A DNA stretch of 60,157 nt, counting the filler, from Hausera hauseri (Eukaryota): the NCBI GenBank assembly GCA_046269625.1. It is 11 parts of 11 records of this genome, joined end to end, with 100 filler letters (N's around TTAATTAATTAA, not from the genome) between each part and the next. Parts side by side here need not be neighbours in the genome. Positions count along the whole stretch, not along the records: positions 50,347 to 54,489 come from JBJURY010737210.1; positions 54,590 to 60,157 come from JBJURY010229406.1; 9 more parts are not named here. One strand, written 5' to 3'. The position numbers were made by a program, and so were the translations under genes. Below, in pieces: positions 50,347 to 60,157 of the stretch; within the stretch, counting starts at the first letter, position 1, and the number at the start of each line of letters is the position of its first letter. The notes beneath the pieces are model-generated. The model did no database searches and had not been told where the DNA came from. It worked only from the letters and a program-made list of their open reading frames with translations.

Positions 50347-53300
50347 TCCTTTTACCCATATCCTTATTTCTGACTTAATTCCTTCGGGATCTTTTCGTCC
50401 CAATCTACATTCATCACCCACAGTTGCTGCAGAAACACTTTACCCAACAATGTGTAACAACTGAGGAAACCTAATGGGTCGAACATCTTCGCCAATGCGC
50501 TTAATACTGTTCTTTTTGTTATCTCTATTTCTTGCTTGTTACGATCCTCAAACTTGAATCTATAATCTTCGATCTTCCACTTTATCTCCAATGTCTTGGT
50601 AACAACATCAGTTTTTTTAATATATTGAATTCCTTGGCTCGGCTCGTGGTAGGTATTATTTTTATCAATTCATTAGGGTTTGACACCCATTTGTGTGGTT
50701 CCATCCCAGCCTTTTTCCAGATTTCACTTAGCTCGCTGTATAACGAAACAGCTTCTTTCTCAGTCCTGACTGAATCGATGCAGTCATCCATGTAAGTAGG
50801 GTACTCTATAGTTTCTATGGCTCTGGGGAATTTATCTTTGAGCTTTCCGGCGTTGTCTTGAAATCAGTTGCGCCAGAAATGTAGAGGTGTTCAACCCAAA
50901 TACCAACCGACTGAACTCGTATGTCTTGAGTTTCCCATCCTTATACCATAGAAATCGCAGATATTTTTATCTTCCTGTTTTACTTTAATCTGCAAGAACA
51001 TTTCCTGGATGTCACATATGACAACCCAGGGCCGTTTTCTCATCCTTAATATAATGTTTATAATGTCCAATTGTAATTTCGGGCCGGGATACAGAAAATC
51101 GTTCAGACACTTTCCTCGATATTTCGAAGCAGCATCGAAAACTATCCGGCATTTTGTGGTTTCCCTATCGATTTTCATGACCGGAAAATGTGGCAACAAC
51201 CAAGCTGTCCCTCGTTCTTCCCGTTCTTTCACTACTCGGATATACCCTTCCTTAGTGTGTGCATCTATCACTTTCTCGTAAGCTGTTTTTGCAGTCTCAT
51301 TTTTATCTAGCTTATTCCCCAAGGTTTCCAACCGTTTATGTGCCATCCATTCGTTGTCTTTCATTTCAGGCTGTATCGCTGCTTTCCATGGCAACGGCAC
51401 ACAGTATCTGTTTTCTTGATAAGTTGATTCTCTTAGTATCCGCTCTATCGTCTCCTCGTCTTGTTTATTTCTCTCAGACGCCTTCTCCGCCCATAAACGG
51501 TTCAAGTCGTTTTGAATTTCTTCGGTGCTTGTCCAAAAGGTCCTTATGAAATTACTATTTATGTTTTTCTTCCCCTTTTTATTTGTCCTACACAGGTCCA
51601 GCCTAACGGAGTTAATCGCGCTCCCGGCGCACCTCTTTTGCCACATACCTCTTTGATCCGCAATAATACCATCCACTTCAAAATTGTGTGACAATGTGGG
51701 AAACTTTAAGTTCTGGAAATGGGGCCGTTTTTCTTTTTCTGTGGACCAATTCACTGCCCTCATCTTTCCGGTTAGATTTTTTATAGCTAACGCCTCAAAT
51801 TTGACTTCTATGGATCGGTCCATATTCATCAATACCATTTTGACCCTGTCAATAGAGGTCTCTGTCTGTTTCCCTCCGACGACTGTTATCGTCAACCTTT
51901 CTGTTTTCTTATCAACACGCAATTCTTTACATAGTTTTGTATCGACGAAAATCGGTACTAGCATCGTCCGACAGCATTATTGCTTTCTTCATTCTATTCC
52001 CATTCTTTAGCCATATTTCCACTTTTCTCAGAGCTACCATTTCTTCTTGTTCATTTGCCTCCTGAGAACCTTGGGTAACGTAGGCCCTAACATCTTTTTG
52101 TTTATTTCTGACCTCTTTTCCTTCTTCATTCTTCAACGTCCGTGGCACTGACTCCTCTGTTGTCGTTCCTACTATGTTTTCACAGGAATTTTCAATTTTT
52201 CACCCGACATCCCTCTGGTCGTAACTGTTTTTACCCTTTTCCATGCTACCAATTTTTCCATGTAGGAATTTACAATTATTCCCATACTTACATTCTTCTT
52301 TTTCAAAGTACCAGCATATCCTTTCTTGATCATTCTTACTAGGTTGACGTAAATATTTACAGTTCCTTCCGAATTTGCACTGATCATTCTTTTCGTAGTT
52401 CCAGCATCTCTGGGACCGATCTTCTCGCTGTATATTGGGGCGGCTAGACTACATCCTTTATTAACTTCTCGATCATTTATTTTGGAATTCGTATTCTTGT
52501 ACTCTCTAATTACAGCCTGTGATCTTTTCGTAAAGTACGATCTTCTATCTTCTATCGGTGAATATCGACCACCTTGACTTGTGTTCAACGCTTCTATTCC
52601 TCTTACTCTCTCTATGGTATTCCTCCTGACCATTGCTTCTATTTCAATCCCATTCTTCAATTCTACAACGGTCCTATCCGACTTTTTCTCGATGACATGC
52701 CTTTCCCACTGAAGTACAATTGATTCTGGGAGCTTCTCCACAAGGCTTTGGTACAATATACTTCCGCTAGGTTCTTCTGTTCTTCCTAGGTTCTTCAATC
52801 TCACGATTATCCCTTCCAACATCGCCACGAATTCGTCTATCCCTTTGTTGTCTTCCTCCTCTATTGCCCGAAACCATATGACTTCGGTCATAAACACTGC
52901 ATAACAGCGTTGTTCACCCCCATAATATGAATCCAGTTTTTCCTGTGATGCTTTGTACCCTTCGTCTGATAGGTTGAAGTTTTCTATCAGCCTTTTCTGC
53001 TCACCATACAAATATTAATTCAGCTGCAGTTGCTTATATATTTCCGACATTGGGGTTTTGTGGATACAAGTATCAAAGGTCTCTTTTCACTTATAGTATT
53101 CCGTAGTTACTCCCCCGAACTTCGGCAACTCTAATTTTTGTAACTTTGGTAGGATTACCCTTTCCCTTTTTTCCTTTTCAAACCTTCCGTTGGCGATCAT
53201 CACTTTATTTTCCCTTGAGCTTCTCTCGTAGATAATCGCATTGATTGTTTCCTTCTGGTCATGCAACTTCTCCCTATCATTTTACAATAGTGTGAGGTTC

Positions 53301-53900
53301 TCCTTTTTCCTCAACTTACTCGTTGCGGTAGCTAATATACACAGCTCACGTTGAAACTTGATAAATGCCTTATCATATTTTTGGTGGTAAACTTCGTATT
53401 CTTGGTCACTCAAGTTTGCATCCATTAACTTCCTTTGAATCGCTGAGAGGTCATTGATAAATTTACGTCGTTCAGACAGCCCATCTTCCAGTTCTTCTGC
53501 AGTTAACTCGCTTCCACCCTTCCGCCGCAACTGTAAATGTATGGTTACATCCTTCTAAATATTGTATTCGCTAAGTTTTCGACCGTCCTTTAGTTATATT
53601 CTATTATAAACCAACAGTTGTTGGTTTGTCGGGATTCCTTCTCTTTCTTCTACAACCGATTTCAGTTTTTCTACTTTATCCGACAAGTTTATAGCCGTCG
53701 CAATTAATTTTCCTGAAAATGTTTCAAAAAAACCGTCGGATTTGCCTGTTTCGTTTTAGTGGCCCTTTTGCACCAAGTCCTTGGGGCTACGTTCTTTGCT
53801 TTTATCCTTCTTAAACAACTCCTGCTTTAAATGTAACTTATCCACTTCGGGTGTGCAATTCTCCAATGTTTTTTTCCACTCCATACCGTTGATTTATGGT
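50347..53900 (-). mobile_element. Decayed BEL/Pao LTR retrotransposon (gag-protease-RT-RNase H start)
   Basis: Gag LPKFGG..LIENFNLS..YYG..LVEKLP; protease LSDDAST; RT VPLPWK, LPHFPV..TTKCRIVFDAAS, PGPKLQ, DIQEMFLQI, YMDDC; TKRTVLS..FDPLGF..WDE. Confidence 0.93.
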
Positions 53901-54600
53901 TCTTGATCGATCCTTTTAACCCGACTTTCAGTAGTTCTGGACCTCGAATATTTTTTGACTTCCAGTAATCCATTTAAATTTTGAAGGTAACGTGTTTCAA
54001 ACAAGAACCCTCTGACACATTTGCCTTTCCAGTCAGTTACCACTGATTCTGTTAGTCTATGTCTATTCTCTACGTGTTTAGAAACATAGATATTTAAAAC
54101 CTTCCATTTTAACAAGTTATCGCCCTCAGCGCAAGATACCACAACTTCTCTTGTTTGCGTCACCTCTAGAAAATAATCATGGCATTCCTTTTCCTTCGAA
54201 TCCACGCAGCTTCCCACCGTGAGTATTATGCAGAATATTCTTGCAATTTGAACTAATAAGTGGAATGAATAAGAGCCGGAAACAAGGAGACGGACACAAA
54301 GAACTCGTAAGGCCATCGCCTTACGTGGCTTGTGCCTGCAGATCACGGTGCAGAGCGCAAACCACGCTTTGCTACCCACAAATGGAGAATCTACATAGAA
54401 GATATGTAACAATTCAACCCTAACCACGCATACATCGTTAGTATGGGGAAATTGGAATTCTGGCCCACTCTGGCGCGGGGTAAACGATANNNNNNNNNNN
54501 NNNNNNNNNNNNNNNNNNNNNNNNNNNNNNNNNTTAATTAATTAANNNNNNNNNNNNNNNNNNNNNNNNNNNNNNNNNNNNNNNNNNNNAGGTATAATAA

Positions 54601-55179
54601 ATGGACAAATTATTCTTGAAGAAACATATTAACAGTGATTACGAAGTTGCTGAAGCTCAAGTTGCCGATTATACACGACAAATTGGAGTCGATATAACAA
54701 TCAAAGAAGAATTAATGTACTTCAAACAGTTTAAAGAAGAGAATATATTAGCCAGAGAAAAGTCGGATTTTTGTTATGTGAATAAGTTTTATACCAAAGA
54801 ACAAAATTTAATGAATTGTTGTAATCCACAAAGTCGTTCTGAAGGATATGGTTTTTCTCATACCAATATTCAGACATGTAATAATCGCTTAACTGGAAAT
54901 TCCAGTCAGTATGAGCCTCATGGTGACGCAAACTATTCTCAAACTGATAACCAAGCGATAGCTCATGTGTCTTCGACACCTCGAGAAGACTTTTTTGATG
55001 TTCTAAATCAGCCAACAAGTAACATGTCATTCGTGTCCGAATTGATTGGAGAGGTTTCTCAACCTGATCTAAGCGCAAATTCCAACAATGTGCGTGATAA
55101 ACTTTCAACTCCACCGATTGTGGAAATCACCGATCTCAATTCAGTCCTGTTAATAAAAGCATTCACAGTGCATTTGTAA
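54601..55179 (+). CDS. Unknown ORF, 192 aa
   Basis: Open frame only; no motif recognised. Confidence 0.25.
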   Translation: MDKLFLKKHINSDYEVAEAQVADYTRQIGVDITIKEELMYFKQFKEENILAREKSDFCYVNKFYTKEQNLMNCCNPQSRSEGYGFSHTNIQTCNNRLTGNSSQYEPHGDANYSQTDNQAIAHVSSTPREDFFDVLNQPTSNMSFVSELIGEVSQPDLSANSNNVRDKLSTPPIVEITDLNSVLLIKAFTVHL

Positions 55180-55399
55180 TTAATTCAACCCAAGATAATC
55201 TTTCAGAATCTCGTTTATCTACTACGAATTTTATGGATTCGCTTAAATCTCAGATCTTTTCGACTGTACCATATCAACATACGAGTCGTTATAATAATCA
55301 ATCGGACCAATAACGTTTAACAACTTTCAGGCTAATTCGAATGTCAATTTTTATGGATTTGATTTCAATTCTTCACTGGGTAAGACCATGAATAGACCT

Positions 55400-57465
55400 A
55401 ATCACAGATGCCTACCAAGTTCTCTGTATACATGGTGTTGCTATGGACGTTAGGCTTGGCAATAAGATTCTTTGCTCGCCTCCAGTCACATACTAGCTCA
55501 ATGTTGATCCTGTTGCGGATATTCTCCATGGTCTTGCCAAAGACGGAGTTGTTGTAAAGCTTGAACTGGTCCTTCTCAAAGTCGTTCTAGGCATTAGTCC
55601 GCAGCTTCGTATTGAGATATATGTATCACTGGAGCCACATGGACTGGCTGAACTGGAGGGCTCTATGGATCTTGGTAATACGAAGTCCATGTCTAACTAC
55701 CAGCTGGAGATTGATGTAGTGAACTACATACCTCTCCATATTACCCAGATGACTGAGCAGTTTTCTCTGCTTTCCATGGGGCGGAGGTCTGCTTTCAGGG
55801 AGAAAAGGCAGCTGTTGATGCCTTGCGTGGATGGAAGCCCGATATTCCGTATCCATCTCCAGTGGGATCTAGGTCCAATATAGGGCTGTTTTCAGGATTT
55901 TTGGTCCACTTGAAGTTATCATATGGCAATGCAGCGCTTATTGCCCATCCATACAAGTTGTTGGCATTCAGGTATGATATATATAAGGATTTCTTTGTTG
56001 AGTCGTATTCGGCCATATACTTGTTATTGGTCTCACTATACCGGTGAATGGCCTGGCATATTACGCTTCTAATGCCTCTTTCAATCATAAGGATCATGTA
56101 ATAATCCTTAATGATCTGCGGCCTAATACCACTAAAGCGCAACATTGCTGCCAAACTCATCCCTGGAGCCGTAAAAAATGAGCCGAATCCAATGCATGGC
56201 TCTTCACTGTAACATCCCTGAAACTTTCAAAGATGGCCGTCAACAGCAGCACGTCAGTCTTGAGGTATATGTCGCCGTATTCCCCTAATGTTTGGCATTG
56301 GAATGCATGCCCGACGTTCTGGGCATGCTGGTAGGCAGCATCACTAATATCGGAATCAGAGAGGATTCTGTAAAAGTCCTTGTCTGGCAATGAGGTCTAA
56401 TCCAGTGTTTCCCATAAAGTTATATAGTCATAAGGAAACACGCCTTTCCTTTTAACCAGGTCAAAGGTAATGGGGAAGAACCGCTTCGTCTCCTTGAGTT
56501 CTTCTGCAGGGAGGTTCTTCACTAAACTGTCCAGTGAAGACAACATGTAACGAAAGCTGTCTGTGAAGCGAAGTTGGATTTTGCCCACATGCTTAGTGAA
56601 AGTGATATATTTTTCCTCACTGTTGGGAATTACATATATCTTACTATCAATGTTGCCTAATTCTCGGACTATGAAATGGGTATCATAGCCATTGAGATTA
56701 TGGAACACTACAGACACATATGTGCATGTTTTGCAGCAAAGATTACAGTTGTTGCATGCTGCACTTCGATATGCATCTGTAAAATGGCAGTGATGCTTGA
56801 CTTTACAATTTTTCTTGGTAAAGAACTTGTTGCACAAGTAACATGCTGTTGCCTTGCGCCATTCATCTTCTTGTTTCCGCAACATGCTAATATTGTCCAT
56901 GTTCTTCTAAAGCATTATTTCAAGCTTATGAGCCATGTCTTCAAATCGTTTCATAAAATGTGCTGCTGCGCCTGGACCCCTGAATAGAAATGGTTTACTC
57001 TCCAGTCTTTTGGCAAACATGCAATATGTCGTTGTGGTGCTATGTTGAGGACTGGGAGTGCAGCTGTGAATTGGCCGGAGAATAGCTTCAAAGTCGCAAT
57101 AGATAACTATTTGGACCTTGATCTTCTTCTCGAACTCCTTGAATTCAATGTAGTCCTCCTTGCGAAATTCTGGCCTTCCACAGTAATTGTTACTGCAGTA
57201 CATTTTGTGCTCTGCAAGCTTGTCCACTGCTGAATTACCACTGAAATGAGACAAGCATCACTTACATATTTCTATTTGTCCATGATGTTTCGTAATTTTG
57301 GATCTGACTAGACGTTCAAAATTCCTTACCCAAACATAATGTTTCTTTTCTCCATTGTACAATAGGAGCAGATCCCAATGATCTTCCAATTCATTATCAT
57401 ATATCTGCAGGAGATAAAATTTATCTCCATCATCCAATCCATTGATGTTTGTGGATATGTTGTTG
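55400..57465 (-). mobile_element. polB: Polinton/Maverick-like protein-primed DNA polymerase B pseudogene with endonuclease VII-like insert
   Basis: IYCDFEA, CYLC..HHCHFT..YR.AACNNCNL, FHNLNGYDTHF, DSFRYM..SLD.L, RKGVFPYDY, YLKTDVLLL, YLNANNLYGWA, FKLYNNSVFGKTMENIR; many frameshifts; C-terminus missing. Confidence 0.92.
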
Positions 57466-57466
57466 A

Positions 57467-58175
57467 TTAGACTATATGTTGTTGATTCCTTGTTGTTTCT
57501 TCCTCTGTGTACTCCAGGAACTCCTTGATGGTTGTTTGACCAGTTGTATCAATGACACATTTGCGGCATTTTTTCTTTAATTCTGCAGCATCAACTGGCC
57601 GCTGTCTTTGACTCTTTGATGGAGCCGGTACGCCTGATGCGCCTGATGCGCATTTTAGTCCTGCATCTGGCTGTACTGCATGCTGTGCAACTGGCTTATG
57701 TTCACTAAAGATGATCTTCTTTGACTTTGATATGAAGTCAGTCAAATGATCTTTGTGATATTCATAAAACTGTATGTATTCTCCATCACATACAGCCTTA
57801 CATCCTGGGCAGATTTAATAGATGATCCTATTGAATTTGTGTCCATAATAGCACTTCATGTTATTGTGGCAATTCTGATGGTTGTGTACTACACATGTGC
57901 AATACACATATGAACTGAATCTTTTATTGTCCTTTAGCACGAAAGTCATTATTGGCATATTGTTTTTTCGACTTAGTGAAGAAAATCAAGTGTTGCTTAT
58001 GGACATTGTAAAAGTCTTCGTAATTGGTTTGATACACTACCTCGCATGTAGGGCATATATAATACTGAACCCTGTTGTAAATATGACTATGTATTTCGTC
58101 ATAATAATGTGGCAATTTTTAGGCTAATGGATTTGAGCCAAACATCCTCTGCAAAGTTTGCACTTCTAAAAATCA
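57467..58175 (-). pseudogene. Disrupted ORF upstream of polB with a tandemly duplicated Cys/His domain
   Basis: Unit 1 YNRVQYYICPTCEVVYQTNYEDFYNVHKQHLIFFTKSKK; unit 2 FNRIIY*ICPGCKAVCDGEYIQFYEYHKDHLTDFISKSKK. Confidence 0.55.
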
Positions 58176-58299
58176 ACCAATTATTTGAGGAACACAACTA
58201 AAAAACTCATCATTCGTTGAAGTGATTTTGGAAATAATGAAAATGTAGTCATATCGCCATGTACTGCCCCGATTATTGATTGCTTTTTATGCACTTTTG

Positions 58300-60157
58300 T
58301 TTTAATGCATCAAATAAATGATCGGTGTCACCAAATTTAGGGTTTTCATATCGAATGACGTCATTAAATTCTTCGAATAATGCATGCTCGACCGAATATT
58401 TGAGCTCGAATAGCTATGTATTTGAATTGTAACTTCGAATTCAATATCTAGCATCATATTCCGATTCGGCAAATGTACTTTCCTATCAAACTCCAGTAGT
58501 GTGAAAATGGCGGTTCCGTCCCACCCGGGAGGGAGGTAATCGATATATGGATTTTGCACATGTGCCGATCAATGGTGCACCCGGAGCCCTATAGATCCAA
58601 TAAGTGCCTAGCAACGGTGCAACTAGGCACCGTTGCTATGCATATTTTTGCACTTTTGACAAATCCATCGCTGCACAGTGCAGTATTGATTGAATCGATT
58701 GGGCAAAGCTCTAATCTATAGAGCACATGGAGGCTCATCGATTGGTCCACTTTCCAAGTGTGCAACGCATGTGCAAGTGTGCAAAAATCAATAATATTGG
58801 ATTTACGATAAATCAAAAATCGACGATTAGCACTCGCTGTCGGGGGCAATCGGTAGCACGCACGACGGGCTATGTGAATGTGCAGTTAGAATTTAAATCG
58901 ATTGATTGGTTTTCGAATAATTTGTAAGTGGGACCGAACCGCCACAAGCCTTTCCGATATTAATTTTAAATCAATAATCTCAATATGCTCATATACTGGC
59001 TTGTACAACACTTGATGTGTTGTAAGTGTGCAAAAATTAATGATATCGAATTTCCGACATTTCCAATGTGGATGATTAGCACTCGGCATTGAGTGGATTC
59101 GAACACAAACACGGTGCAGTGTATGAATGTGCAGTTAGAATTTAAATTTATCGATTAGTTATCGATTAATATCGATCGGAAATGCAAATTTGTTATATTT
59201 TCAACATGTTTTTTAAGCCTAGGGAAGCAAAATTCGATCCAACATTGAGCAGGGCAGATAGGAAATTGACTATGACGAACTCGAATCTCGAGTCAAAAGT
59301 TCGAAATTCGAAGATTTTCGAGCTGGAACATCGAAATACGAACTATTCGAAAAATCTAACAGCGGGAATCGATTCCTCGTATTCGTGAACCCCTACGTAC
59401 ATAAAAATTATTCCATGGAAATGTACTATATAGGCATAAAATTAATATTTCAAATTAAGCAAAATGTGCTTTTGAAGCGCAGTGAAGAGGAAATCAACAA
59501 ATCTAATAACGGGCTGGATAGGAAGTCATGTATGCCAATTACGAATATAATGTTAGATATTCGAAATCGAACTTAAAAGTCGAATACTTGGCTATTCGAA
59601 CTCGAAAACTCCGTCAAGCATGTATTATTCGAAGAATCAGACGACGGCACTCGATTCCCTATGGTTAAAAACCTATTTGTCAATCAAGAAAAGTGCGGTG
59701 CAGTGATGTGCAGTGTATAATAGCAAGGCTTTTCAAAATATGCCAAAAGTTCTTGGTAAATGCAAAGTCATTCTTATATTAATTAAGCAATTGAGTTGAT
59801 TTTGAAGGTGAAGCACACTGAAATAGGTAAATCTTTAAGTGTACGTGGATAGGAAAGCATATGTGGAGAATCCGCATCCGGTGTCAGATGATTGAAAACA
59901 CTATTCGAACTCGAATATTCGGTGAAGCGTGAATTAATCAAAGAATCAGATGACGGCATTCGATTCCCCATATGCGAAAACCTGCAAGAAAATCAAAATT
60001 GACGCGGTGCAGTGCACCGTTATCGAATAAAACAAGGTTTGTCAAAATGTTTAACTTATGCAATAAATATTATGTAATTAAACGGAGCTTGTTTTGTTTT
60101 AATTAATTGACCTATCTTAAAAGGTGAAATTGAAGGTGAAGCACACTGAAATCAATA
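58300..60157. repeat. Degenerate TCGA-rich complex repeat array
   Basis: Units starting GATAGGAA at about 59257, 59518 and 59848 with an inverted copy ending about 58487; second unit (TGTGCAAAAAT..GATTAGCACTCG..GAATGTGCAGTTAGAATTTAAAT) at about 58778 and 59027; GAAGGTGAAGCACACTGAAAT at about 59804 and 60132. Confidence 0.75.

Noticed and set aside
6546-54589. Recurring TTAATTAATTAA palindrome, and gene neighbourhoods across it
   Set aside because: Assembly linker inside N runs. ORFs 10770-10955 and 33875-35554 that run into it have artificial ends, and cross-contig synteny is meaningless.
58300-60157. CRISPR-like array
   Set aside because: Units are long and degenerate with no constant repeat/unique spacer pattern; eukaryotic context and no cas genes.

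Overview
This window is not one locus. It is 11 unrelated contigs (about 4-8 kb each) joined by artificial 100-nt spacers (N44-TTAATTAATTAA-N44). The DNA comes from an AT-rich, repeat-rich eukaryote with very short introns (about 39-60 nt), probably an invertebrate; the species cannot be identified and mixed origin is possible. Host genes: an apparently intact TRMT2A-like tRNA m5U54 methyltransferase, a small ankyrin-repeat gene, a frameshifted intronless double-bromodomain (BET-like) copy and a BTB-BACK relic. The rest is mostly decayed mobile DNA: Ty3/gypsy (including two CsRN1-like copies), BEL/Pao, Penelope-like elements with hammerhead-like motifs, Polinton-like polB fragments, hAT, mariner, a MITE and a tRNA-derived SINE. 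Main observation: two separate contigs point to an unusual enveloped Ty3/gypsy architecture. Contig 33931-39977 (minus strand) is one decayed reading frame: Gag zinc knuckle, long helical region, ubiquitin-like domain, AT-hook-like motif, internal signal-like peptide, chuvirus-type glycoprotein ectodomain. Contig 1-6545 begins with what looks like the membrane anchor and tail of the same glycoprotein family, in frame with protease, followed by RT-RNase H-integrase. Together they suggest a Gag-accessory-Env-Pol single polyprotein with the envelope upstream of Pol. All family assignments are motif recognition by eye, not database searches.
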